DNA from: Eledone cirrhosa
Lineage: Eukaryota
Assembly: GCA_964016885.1 (NCBI GenBank)
Contig: OZ024743.1
Span: forward strand, 133,176,001-133,240,000
DNA: 64,000 bases
Reading direction: 5' to 3'
A model generated the notes under the pieces. It was not told the origin of the DNA. It searched no databases and saw nothing but the letters and a program-made list of their open reading frames with translations. Within the stretch, counting starts at the first letter, position 1. Each line of letters starts with the position of its first letter. Below, one piece after another: positions 28,151 through 40,200 of this stretch. The position numbers and the translations under genes are program-made.

Positions 28151-31100
28151 TTTGGTGTTTGGTGCTTGGTGCTTGGTGCTTGGTGTTTAGTGTTTGGTGT
28201 TTGGTGCTTGGTGTTTGGTGCTTGGTGCTTGGTGCTGGGTGGTTGGTGTTTGGTGCTTGGTGCTTGGTGCTTGGTGTTTGGTGCTTGGTGCTTGGTGCTT
28301 GTTGTTTGGTGCTTGGTGCTTGGTGCTTGGTCTTTGGTGCTTGGAGTTTGGTGGTTGGTGCTTGGTGCTTGGTGTTTGGTGTTTGGTGTTTGCTGTTTGG
28401 TGTTTGCTGTTTGGTGTCTGCTTTTTGGTGTTTGGTGTTTGCTGTATGGTGTTTGCTGTTTCGTATTTGGTTTATGCTGTTTGGTGTTTGGTGTTTGTTG
28501 TTTGATGCTGCGTGCTTGGTGTTTGGTGTTTGGTGCTTTGTGCTTGGTGCTTGGTGTTTGGCATTTGGTGCTTGGTGCTTGGTGTTTGGTGCTTGGTGCT
28601 TGGTGCTTGGTGTTTGGTGTTTGGTGCTTGGTGCCTGGTGCTTGTTGTTTGGTGTTTGGTGCTTAGTGCTTGGTGTTTGGTGTTTGGTGCTTGGTGCTTG
28701 GTGGCTGGTGGTTGGTGCTTGGTGTTTGGTGTTTGGTGTTTGGTGCTTGGTGCTTGGTGCCTGGTGTTTGGTGCCTGGTGCTTGGTGCTTGTTGTTTGGT
28801 ATTTGGTGCTTGGTGTTTGGTGTTTGGTACTTGGTGCTTGGTGCTTGGTGCTTGGTGTTTGGTCCTTGGTGCTTGGTGCTTGGTCTTTGCTGCTTGGGGT
28901 TTGGTGTTTGGTGCTTGGTGCTTGGTGTTTGGTGCCTGGTGCTTGGTGCTTGTTGTTTGGTGTTTAATGCTTGGTGCTTGGTGCTTGGTGTTTGGTACTT
29001 GGTGCTTGGTGCTTGGTGTTTGGCATTTGCTGTTTGCTGTTTGGTGTTTGGTACTTGGTGCTTGGTGATTAGTGTTTGGTGCATGGTCCTTGGTGTTTGT
29101 TGTTTGGTGTTTGGTGCTTGTTGTTTGGTGCTTGGTGCTTGCTGTTTGGTGGTTGGTGCTTGGTGTTTGGTGTTTGGTGTTTGGTGCTTGGTGCTTGGTG
29201 TTTGGTCCTTGGTGCTTGGTGCTTGGTCTTTGCTGCTTGGGGTTTGGTGTTTGGTGCTTGGTGCTTGGTGCTTGGTGTTTGGTGCTTGGTGCTTGGTGCT
29301 TGGTGTTTGGTGTTTGGTGCTTGCTGCTTGGTGCTTGGTGCTTGGTGTTTGGTGATTGGTGCTTGGTGCTTGGTGTTTGGCGTTTGCTGTTTGCTGTTTG
29401 GTGTTTGGTGTTTGCTGTTTGCTGTTTGCTGTTTGGTGTTTGGTGCTTGGTGCTTGGTGGCTGGTGTTTGGTGCTTGGTGTTTGGATTTTGGTGCTTGGT
29501 GCTTGGTGCCTGGTGTTTCGTGCTTGGTGCTTGGTGCTTGGTGTTTGGTGTTTGGTGCTTGGTGTTTGGTGTTTGGTACTTGGTGCTTGGTGCTTGGTGC
29601 TTGGTGTTTGGTGCTTGGTGCTTGGTGATTGTTGTTTGATGCTGCGTGTCTTGGTGTTTGGTGTTTGGTGCTTGGTGCTTGGTGTTTGGTGTTTGGAGCT
29701 TGGTGCCTGGTGCTTGTTGTTTGGTGCCTGGTGCTTGTTTTTTGGTGTTTGGTGTTTGGTGCTTGGTGTTTGGTGCTTGGTGCTTGGTGCTTGGTGTTTG
29801 GTGCATGGTGCTTGGTGTTTGGGGCTTGGTGCCTGGTGCTTTGTGTTTGGTGCTAGGTGCTTGGTGCTTGGTCTTTGGTGTTTGGTGCTTGGTGCTTGGT
29901 GTTTGGTGCTAGGTGTTTGGTGCTTGGTGTTCGGTGCTTGGTGCTTGGTGCTTGGTGCTTGGTGTTAGGTGTTTGGTGCTTGGTGCTTGGTGTTTGATGT
30001 TTGGTCCTTGGTGCTTGGTGTTTGGTGTTTGGTGCTTGGTGCTTGGTGTTTCGTGTTTGGTGCTTGCTGCTTGCTGCTTGGTGTTTGGTGCTTGGTGATT
30101 GGTGCTTGGTGTTTGGTGCTTGGTGCTTGGTGTTTGGTGTTTCGTGCTATGTGCTTGGTGCTTGGTGCTTGGTGTTTGGTGCTTGGTGCTTGGTGTTTGG
30201 TGTTTGGTGCTTGATGCTTGGGGCCTGGTGTTTGGTGCTTGGTGCTTGGTGCTTGGTGTTTGGTGCTTGGTGCTTGGTGCTTGGTGTTTGGTGTTTGGTG
30301 TTTGGTGCTTGGTGTTTTGTGCTTGGTGCTTGTTGCTGGGTGGTTGGTGTTTGGTGCTTGGTGCTTGGTGTTTGGTGCTTGGTGCTTGATGCTTATTGTT
30401 TGGTGATTGGTGCTTGGTGCTTGTTGCTTGGTGCTTGGTGTTTGGTGTTTGGTGTTTGGTGTTTGGTGCTTGGTGCTTGGTGCTTGGTGTTTGGTGCTTG
30501 GTGTTTGGTGCTTGGTGCTTGGTGCTTGGTTATTTGTGTTTGGTGCTTGGTGCTTGGGGTTTGGTGTTTGGTGCTTGGTGTTTGGTGTTTGGTGTTTGTT
30601 GTATGGTGTTTGCTGTTTCGTGTTTGGTGTTTGCTGTTTGGTGTTTAATGCTTGGTGCTTGGTGCTTGGTGTTTGGTGCTTGGTGTTTGGTGTTTGGCGT
30701 TTGCTGTTTGCTGTTTGGTATTTGGTGCTTGCTGTTTGGTGCTTGGTGCTTGGTGCTGGTTGGTTGGTGTTTGGTGCTTGGTGCTTGGTGTTTGGTGCTT
30801 GGTGCTTGGTGCTTGTTGTTTGGTGCTTGGTGTTTGGTGTTTGGTGCTTGGTGCTTGGTGCTTGGTGTTTGGTGCTTGGTGCTTGGTGCTTGGTGTTTGG
30901 TGGTTGGTGCTTGGTGATTAGTGTTTGGTGCTTGATGCTTGGGGTTTGGTGTTTTGTGCTTAGTGCTTGGTGTTTGGTGTTTGCTGTTTGGTGTCTGCTT
31001 TTTGGTATTTGGTGTTTGCTGTTTCGTATTAGGTTTTTGCTGTTTGGTGTTTGGTGTTTGGTGTTTGTTGCTTGGTGTTTGGTGCTTGGTGCTTGGTGTT

Positions 31101-34100
31101 TGGCATTTGGTGCTTGGTGCTTGGTGTTTGGTGCTTGGTGCTTGGTGTTTGGTGTTTGGTGCTTGGTGTTTGGTGTTTGGTGCTTGGTACTTGGTGTTTG
31201 GTGTGTGAAGCTTGGTGATTGATGCTTGTTGCTTGGTGCTTGGTGTTTGCTGTTTGGTGTTTGGTGCTTGGTGTATGTACTTGGTGCTTGGTGCTTGGTT
31301 TTTGGTGCTTGGTTCTTGGTGTTTGGTGCTTGGTGCTTGGTGCTTGGTGTTTGGTGCTTGGTGCTTGGTGTTTGGTGCTTGGTGTTTGGTGTTTGGTGCT
31401 TGGTGTTTGGTGCTTGGTGCCTGTTGCTTGGTGTTAAGTGTTTGGTGCTTGGTGCTTGGTGTTTGGTGCTTCGTGCTTGGTGCTTGGTGTTTGGTGCATG
31501 GTGCTTGGTGTTTGGGGCTTGGTGCCTGGTGCTTTGTGTTTGGTGCTAGGTGCTTGGTGCTTGGTCTTTGGTGTTTGGTGCTTGGTGCTTGGTGTTTGGT
31601 GCTAGGTGTTTGGTGCTTGGTGTTCGGTGCTTGGTGCTTGGTGCTTGGTGCTTGGTGTTAGGTGTTTGGTGCTTGGTGCTTGGTGTTTGATGTTTGGTCC
31701 TTGGTGCTTGGTGTTTCGTGTTTGGTGCTTGCTGCTTGCTGCTTGGTGTTTGGTGCTTGGTGATTGGTGCTTGGTGCTTGGTGCTTGGTGCTTGGTGTTT
31801 GGTGCTTGGTGCTTGGTGTTTGGTGTTTGGTGCTTGGTGCTTGGGGCTTGGTGTTTGGTGCTTGGTGTTTGGTGCTTGGTGTTTGGTGCTTGGTGCTTGG
31901 TGCTTGGTGTTTGGTGTTTGGTGTTTGGTGCTTGGTGTTTTGTGCTTGGTGCTTGTTGCTGGGTGGTTGGTGTTTGGTGCTTGTTGCTTGGTGTTTGGTG
32001 CTTGGTGCTTGGTGCTTATTGTTTGGTGATTGGTGCTTGGTGCTTGGTGCTTGGTGTTTGGTGCTTGGTGCTTGGTGCTTGGTGTTTGGTGCTTGGTGCT
32101 TGGTGCTTGGTTATTAGTGTTTGGTGCTTGGTGCTTGGGGTTTGGTGTTTGGTGCTTGGTGTTTGGTGTTTGGTGTTTGCTGTATGGTGTTTGCTGTTTC
32201 GTGTTTGGTGTTTGCTGTTTGGTGTTTAATGCTTGGTGCTTGGTGCTCGGTGTTTGGTGCTTGGTGCTTGGTGTTTGGTGCTTGGTGCTTGGTGCTTGTT
32301 GTTTGGTGCTTGGTGCTTGGTCTTTGGTGCTTGGTGTTTGGTGTTTGGTGCTTGGTGCTTGGTGCTTGGTGTTTGGTGCTTGGTGCTTGGTGCTTGGTGT
32401 TTGGTGGTTGGTGCTTGGTGATTAGTGTTTGGTGCTTGATGCTTGGGGTTTGGTGTTTTGTGCTTAGTGCTTGGTGTTTGGTGTTTGCTGTTTGGTGTCT
32501 GCTTTTTGGTATTTGGTGTTTGCTGTAAGGTGTTTGCTGTTTCGTATTTGGTGTTTGCTGTTTGGTGTTTAGTGTTTGGTGTTTGGTGTTTGGTGCTTGG
32601 TGCTTGGTGCTTGGTGTTTAGTGTTTGGTGTTTGGTGCTTGGTGTTTGGTGCTTGGTGCTTGGTGCTGGGTGGTTGGTGTTTGGTGCTTGGTGCTTGGTG
32701 CTTGGTGTTTGGTGCTTGGTGCTTGGTGCTTGTTGTTTGGTGCTTGGTGCTTGGTGCTTGGTCTTTGGTGCTTGGAGTTTGGTGGTTGGTGCTTGGTGCT
32801 TGGTGTTTGGTGTTTGGTGTTTGCTGTTTGGTGTTTGCTGTTTGGTGTCTGCTTTTTGGTGTTTGGTGTTTGCTGTATGGTGTTTGCTGTTTCGTATTTG
32901 GTTTATGCTGTTTGGTGTTTGGTGTTTGTTGTTTGATGCTGCGTGCTTGGTGTTTGGTGTTTGGTGCTTTGTGCTTGGTGCTTGGTGTTTGGCATTTGGT
33001 GCTTGGTGCTTGGTGTTTGGTGCTTGGTGCTTGGTGCTTGGTGTTTGGTGTTTGGTGCTTGGTGCCTGGTGCTTGTTGTTTGGTGTTTGGTGCTTAGTGC
33101 TTGGTGTTTGGTGTTTGGTGCTTGGTGCTTGGTGGCTGGTGGTTGGTGCTTGGTGTTTGGTGTTTGGTGTTTGGTGCTTGGTGCTTGGTGCCTGGTGTTT
33201 GGTGCCTGGTGCTTGGTGCTTGTTGTTTGGTATTTGGTGCTTGGTGTTTGGTGTTTGGTACTTGGTGCTTGGTGCTTGGTGCTTGGTGTTTGGTCCTTGG
33301 TGCTTGGTGCTTGGTCTTTGCTGCTTGGGGTTTGGTGTTTGGTGCTTGGTGCTTGGTGTTTGGTGCCTGGTGCTTGGTGCTTGTTGTTTGGTGTTTAATG
33401 CTTGGTGCTTGGTGCTTGGTGTTTGGTACTTGGTGCTTGGTGCTTGGTGTTTGGCATTTGCTGTTTGCTGTTTGGTGTTTGGTACTTGGTGCTTGGTGAT
33501 TAGTGTTTGGTGCATGGTCCTTGGTGTTTGTTGTTTGGTGTTTGGTGCTTGTTGTTTGGTGCTTGGTGCTTGCTGTTTGGTGGTTGGTGCTTGGTGTTTG
33601 GTGTTTGGTGTTTGGTGCTTGGTGCTTGGTGTTTGGTCCTTGGTGCTTGGTGCTTGGTCTTTGCTGCTTGGGGTTTGGTGTTTGGTGCTTGGTGCTTGGT
33701 GCTTGGTGTTTGGTGCTTGGTGCTTGGTGCTTGGTGTTTGGTGTTTGGTGCTTGCTGCTTGGTGCTTGGTGCTTGGTGTTTGGTGATTGGTGCTTGGTGC
33801 TTGGTGTTTGGCGTTTGCTGTTTGCTGTTTGGTGTTTGGTGTTTGCTGTTTGCTGTTTGCTGTTTGGTGTTTGGTGCTTGGTGCTTGGTGGCTGGTGTTT
33901 GGTGCTTGGTGTTTGGATTTTGGTGCTTGGTGCTTGGTGCCTGGTGTTTCGTGCTTGGTGCTTGGTGCTTGGTGTTTGGTGTTTGGTGCTTGGTGTTTGG
34001 TGTTTGGTACTTGGTGCTTGGTGCTTGGTGCTTGGTGTTTGGTGCTTGGTGCTTGGTGATTGTTGTTTGATGCTGCGTGTCTTGGTGTTTGGTGTTTGGT

Positions 34101-34235
34101 GCTTGGTGCTTGGTGTTTGGTGTTTGGAGCTTGGTGCCTGGTGCTTGTTGTTTGGTGCCTGGTGCTTGTTTTTTGGTGTTTGGTGTTTGGTGCTTGGTGT
34201 TTGGTGCTTGGTGCTTGGTGCTTGGTGTTTGGTGC
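25349..34235 (-). repeat. Near-identical tandem duplication, period 4431 bp (exactly 633 x 7; the second copy starts at ~29780)
   Basis: ORFs from 25482 to 29646 recur at +4431 (29913 ... 34077). One visible substitution, T26353 versus C30784. Confidence 0.95.
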
Positions 34236-37200
34236 TTAGTGCTTGGTGTTTGGTGCTTGGTGCTTGGTGTTTGGTGCTTGGTGCTTGATGGTTGGTGCTT
34301 GGTGTTAGGTGTTTGGTGCTTGGTGCTTGGTGTTTGATGTTTGGTCCCTGGTGCTTGGTGTTTGGTGTTTGGTGCTTGGTGCTTGGTGTTTGGTGTTTGG
34401 TGCTTGCTGCTTGGTGCTTGGTGTTTTGTGTTTGGAGTTTGGTGTTGGTGTTTGGTGCTTCGGTCTTGGTGCTTGGTGTTTGGTGCTTGGTGCTTGGTGT
34501 TTGGTGCTTGGTGCCTGGTGCTTGGTGTTTGGTGCTTGGTGCTTGGTGTTTGGTGATTGGTGCTTGGTGTTTGGTGCTTGGTGCTTGGTGCTTGGTGCTT
34601 GGTGTTAGGTGTTTGGTGCTTGGTGCTTGGTGTTTGATGTTTGGTGCTTGGTGCTTGGTGTTTGGTGTTTGGTGCTTGGTGCTTGGTGTTTGGTGTTTGG
34701 TGCTTGCTGCTTGCTGCTTGGTGTTTGGTGCTTGGTGATTGGTGCTTGGTGTTTTGTGCTTGGTGCTTGGTGTTTGGTGTTTGGTGCTAGGGGCTTGGTG
34801 CTTGGTGCTTGGTGTTTGGTGCTTGGTGCTTGCTGTTTGGTGTTTGGTGCTTGGTGCGTTGGACTTAGTGTTTGGTGTTTGGTGCTTGGTGTTTGGTGCT
34901 CGGTGTTTGGGGCTTGGTGTTCGGTGCTTGGTGCTTGGTGCTTGGGGCTTGGTGTTAGGTGTTTGGTGCTTGGTGCTTGGTGTTTGATGTTGGGTCCTTG
35001 GTGCTTGGTGTTTGGTCTTTGGTGCTTGGTGTTTGGTGTTTGGTGCTTGGTGCTTGATGTTTGGTGTTTGGTGCTTGGTGCTTGGGGCTTGGTGTTTGGT
35101 GCTTGGTGCTTGGTGTTTGGTGTTTGGTGCTTGGTGCTTGGGGCTTGGTGTCTGGTGCTTGGTGCTTGGAGCTTGGTGTTTAGTGTTTGGTGTTTGGTGC
35201 TTGGTGTTTGGTGCTGGGTGGTTGGTGTTTGGTGCTTGGTGCTTGGTGTTTGGTGCTTGGTGCTTGGTGCTTGTTGTTTGGTGCTTGGTGCTTGGTGCTT
35301 GGTCTTTGGTGCTTGGAGTTTGGTGGTTGGTGCTTGGTGCTTGGTGTTTGGTGTTTGGTGTTTGGTGTTTGCTGTTTGGTGTTTGGTGCTTGGTGCTTGG
35401 TGGCTGGTGTTTGGTGCTTGGTGTTTGGATTTTGGTGCTTGGTGCTTGGTGCCTGGTGTTTCGTGCTTGGTGCTTGGTGCTTGGTGTTTGGTGTTTGGTG
35501 CTTGGTGTTTGGTGTTTGGTACTTGGTGCTTGGTGCTTGGTGCTTGGTGTTTGGTGCTTGGTGCTTGGTGATTGGTGTTTGATGCTGCGTGTCTTGGTGT
35601 TTGGTGTTTGGTGCTTGGTGCTTGGTGTTTGGTGTTTGGAGCTTGGTGCCTGGTGTTTGCTGTTTGGTGTCTGCTTTTTGGTGTTTGGTGTTTGCTGTAT
35701 GGTGTTTGCTGTTTCGTATTTGGTTTTTGCTGTTTGGTGTTTGGTGTTTGCTGTTTGGTGTTTGGTGTTTGGTGCTTGGTGCTTGGTCTTTGGTGCTTGG
35801 GGTTTGGTGTTTGGTGCTTGGTGCTTGGTGTTTGGTGCCTGGTGCTTGGTGCTTGGTTCTTGGCGTTTGCTGTTTGCTGTTTGCTGTTTGGTGCTTGCTG
35901 TTTGGTGTTTGGTGTTTGGTGTTTGGTGTTTGGTGCTTGCTGTTTGGTGTTTGGTGCTTGGTGCTTGGTGATTAGTGTTTGGTGCATGGTCCTTGGTGTT
36001 TGTTGTTTGGTGCTCGGTGCTTGGTGTTTGGTGCTTGGTGCTTGCTGTTTGGTGCTTGGTGCTTGGTGTTTGGTGTTTGGTGTTTGGTGCTTGGTGCTTG
36101 GTGTTTGGTGCTTGGTGCTTGGTGCTGGGTGTTTGGTGCTTGGTGCTTGGTGTTTGGTGCTTTGTGCTTGGTGCTTGGTGCTTGGTGTTTGGTCCTTGGT
36201 GCTTGGTGCTTGGTCTTTGGTGCTTGGGGTTTGGTGTTTAGTGCTTGGTGCTTGGTGTTTGGTGCTTGGTGCTTGGTGCTTGGTGCTTGGTGCTTGGTGT
36301 TTGGTGTTTGGTGCTTACTGCTTGGTGCTTGGTGTTTGGTGCTTGGTGCTTGCTGTTTGGTGTTTGGTGTTTGGTGCTTGGTGCTTGGTGTTTGGTGTTT
36401 GGTGTTTGGTGATTGGTGTTTGGTGCTTGGTGCTTGGTGTTTGGTGCTTGGTGCTTGGTGCTTGTTGTTTGGTGTTTGGTGCTTGGTGCCTGGTGCTTGT
36501 TGTTTGGTGTTTGGTGCTTAGTGCTTGGTGTTTGGTGTTTGGTGCTTGGTGCTTGGTGGCTGGTGTTTGGTGCTTGGTGTTTGGTGTTTGGTGCTTGGTG
36601 CTTGGTGCCTGGTGTTTGGTGCCTGGTGCTTGGTGCTTGGTGTTTGGTGTTTGGCGCTTGGTGTTTGGTGTTTGGTGTTTGGTACTTGGTGCTTGGTGCT
36701 TGGTGCTTGGTGTTTGGTGCTTGGTGCTTGGTGCTGGGTGATTAGTGTTTGGTGCTTGGTGCTTGGGGTTTGCTGTTTGGTGCTTGGTGCTTGGTGTTTG
36801 ATGCTTGGTGTTTTGTGTTTGGTGTTTGGTGCTTGGTGTATGTACTTGGTGCTTGGTGCTTGGTGTTTGGTGCTTGGTGCTTGGTGTTTTGTGTTTGGTG
36901 TTTGGTGCTTGGTGTATGTACTTGGTGCTTGGTGATTGGTGTTTGGTGCATGGTGCTTGGTGTTTGGTGCTTGGTGCTTGGTGCTTGGTGTTTGGTGTTT
37001 GGTGCTTGGTGCTTGGTGTTTGGTGCTTGGTGTTTGGTGCTTGGTGTTCGGTGCTTGGTGCTTGGTGCTTGGTACTTGGTGTTAGGTTTTTGGTGCTTGG
37101 TGCTTGGTGTTTGATGTTTGGTCCTTGGTGCTTGGTGTTTGGTGTTTGGTGCTTGGTGCTTGGTGTTTCGTGTTTGGTGCTTGCTGCTTGCTGCTTGGTG

Positions 37201-40200
37201 TTTGGTGCTTGGTGATTGGTGCTTGGTGTTTGGTGCTTGGTGCTTGGTGCTTGGTGTTTGGTGTTTGGTGCTTGGTGCTTGGTGCTTGGTGCTTGGTGTT
37301 TGGTGCTTGGTGCTTGGTGTTTGGTGTTTGGTGCTTGGTGCTTGGGGCTTGGTGTTTGGTGCTTGGTGCTTGCTGTTTGGTGCTTGGTGCTTGGTGCTTG
37401 GTGCTTGGTGCTTGGTGTTTGGTGCTTGGTGCTGGGTGGTTGATGTTTGGTGCTTGGTGCTTGGTGTTTGGTGCTTGGTGCTTTGTGCTTATTGTTTGGT
37501 GCTTGGTGCTTGGTGCTTGGTCTTTGGTGCTTGGTGTTTGGTGTTTGTGCTTGGTGCTTGGTGCTTGGTGTTTGGTGCTAGGTGCTTGACGCTTGGTGTT
37601 TGGTGCTTGGTGCTTGGTGCTTGGTGCTTGGTGATTAGTGTTTGGTGCTTGGGGTTTGGTGTTCGGTGTTTGCTATTTGGTGTTTGCTGTTTGGTGTCTG
37701 CTGTTTGGTATTTGGTGTTTGCTGTATGGTGTTTGTTGTTTTGTGTTTCGTGTTTGCTGTTTGGTATTTGGTGCTTGGTGCTTGGTGCTTGGTGCTTGGT
37801 GCTTGGTGGCTGGTGTTTGGTGCTTGGTGTTTGGATTTTGGTGCTTGGTGCTTGGTGCCTGGTGTTTCGTGCTTGGTGCTTGGTGCTTGGTGTTTGGTGT
37901 TTGGCGCTTGGTGTTTGGTGTTTGGTACTTGGTGCTTGGTGCTTGGTGCTTGGTGTTTGGTGTTTGGTGCTTGGTGCTTGGGGCTTGGTGTTTGGTGCTT
38001 GGTGCTTGGTGCTTGGTGTTTAGTGTCTGGTGTTTGGTGCTTGGTGTTTGGTGCTTGGTGCTTGGTGCTGGGTGGTTGGTGTTTGGTGCTTGGTGCTTGG
38101 TGTTTGGTGCTTGGTGCTTGGTGCTTGTTGTTTGGTGCTTGGTGCTTGGTGCTTGGTCTTTGGTGCTTGGAGTTTGGTTGTTGGTGCTTGGTGCTTGGTG
38201 TTTGGGGTTTGGTGTTTGCTGTTTGGTGTTTGCTGTTTGGTGTCTGCTTTTTGGTGTTTGGTGTTTGCTGTATGGTGTTTGCTGTTTCGTATTTGGCTTT
38301 TGCTGTTTGGTGTTTGGTGTTTGCTGTTTGGTGTACGGTGTTTGGTGTTTGGTGCTTTGTGTTTGGTGCTTGGTGTTTGGTGTTTGGTGCTTGGTGCCTG
38401 GTGCTTGTTGTTTGGTGTTTGGTGCTTGGTGCTTGGTGTTTGGTGTTTGGTGCTTGGTGCTTGGTGGCTGGTGGTTGGTGCTTGGTGTTTGGTGTTTGGT
38501 GCTTGGTGCTTGGTGCCTGGTGTTTGGTGCCTGGTGCTTGGTGCTTGGTGTTTGGTATTTGGTGCTTGGTGTTTGGTGTTTGGTCCTTGGTGCTTGGTGC
38601 TTGGTCTTTGCTGCTTGGGGTTTGGTGTTTGGTGCTTGGTGCTTGGTGTTTGGTGCCTGGTGCTTGGTGCTTGGTGTTTGGTGTTTAATGCTTGGTGCTT
38701 GGTGCTTGGTGTTTGGTGCTTGGTGCTTGGTGTTTGGCGTTTGCTGTTTGCTGTTTGCTGTTTGGTGCTTGCTGTTTGGTGTTTGGTGTTTGGTGTTTGG
38801 TGTTTGGTGCTTGCTATTTGCTGTTTGGTGCTTGGTGCTTGGTGATTAATGTTTGGTGCATGGTCCTTGGTGTTTGTTGTTTGGTGCTTGGTGCTTGGTG
38901 TTTGGTGCTTGGTGCTTGCTGTTTGGTGGTTGGTGCTTGGTGTTTGGTGTTTGGTGTTTGGTGCTTGGTGCTTGGTGTTTGGTGTTTGGTGCTTGCTGCT
39001 TGGTGCTTGGTGCTTGGTGTTTGGTGCTTGGTGCTTGGTGCTTGGTGTTTGGCGTTTGCTGTTTGCTGTTTGGTGTTTGGTGTTTGCTGTTTGGTGTTTG
39101 GTGTTTGGTGTTTGGTGCTTGGTGCTTGGTGGCTGGTGTTTGGTGCTTGGTGTTTGGATTTTGGTTCTTGGTGCTTGGTGCCTGGTGTTTCGTGCTTGGT
39201 GCTTGGTGCTTGGTGTTTGGTGTTTTGTGCTTGGTGTTTGGTGTTTGGTACTTGGTGCTTGGTGCTTGGTGCTTGGTGTTTGGTGCTTGGTGCTTGGTGA
39301 TTGGTGTTTGATGCTGCGTGCTTGGTGTTTGGTGTTTGGTGCTTGGTGCTTGGTGTTTGGTGTTTGGAGCTTGGTGCCTGGTGCTTGTTGTTTGGTGCCT
39401 GGTGCTTGTTGTTTGGTGCTTGGTGCTTGGTGGTTGGTGCTTGGTGTTAGGTGTTTGGTGCTTGGTGCTTGGTGTTTGATGTTTGGTCCCTGGTGCTTGG
39501 TGTTTGGTGTTTGGTGCTTGGTGCTTGGTGTTTGGTGATTGGTGCTTGCTGCTTGGTGCTTGGTGTTTTGTGTTTGGAGTTTGCTGCTTGGTGTTTGGTG
39601 CTTCGGTCTTGGTGCTTGGTGTTTGGTGCTTGGTGCTTGGTGTTTGGTGCTTGGTGCCTGGTGCTTGGTGTTTGGTGCTTGGTGCTTGGTGTTTGGTGAT
39701 TGGTGCTTGGTGTTTGGTGCTTGGTGCTTGGTGCTTGGTGGTTGGTGTTAGGTGTTTGGTGCTTGGTGCTTGGTGTTTGATGTTTGGTGCTTGGTGCTTG
39801 GTGTTTGGTGTTTGGTGCTTGGTGCTTGGTGTTAGGTGTTTGGTGCTTGCTGCTTGCTGCTTGGTGTTTGGTGCTTGGTGATTGGTGCTTGGCGTTTTGT
39901 GCTTGGTGCTTGGTGTTTGGTGTTTGGTGCTAGGGGCTTGGTGCTTGGTGCTTGGTGTTTGGTGCTTGGTGCTTGCTGTTTGGTGTTTGGTGCTTGGTGC
40001 GTGGGACTTAGTGTTTGGTGTTTGGTGCTTGGTGTTTGGTGATTGGTGTTTGGGGCTTGGTGTTCGGTGCTTGGTGCTTGGTGCTTGGGGCTTGGTGTTT
40101 GGTGTTTGGTGCTTGGTGCTTGGTCTTTGATGTTGGGTCCTTGGTGCTTGGTGTTTGGTCTTTGGTGCTTGGTGTTTGGTGTTTGGTGCTTGGTGCTTGA

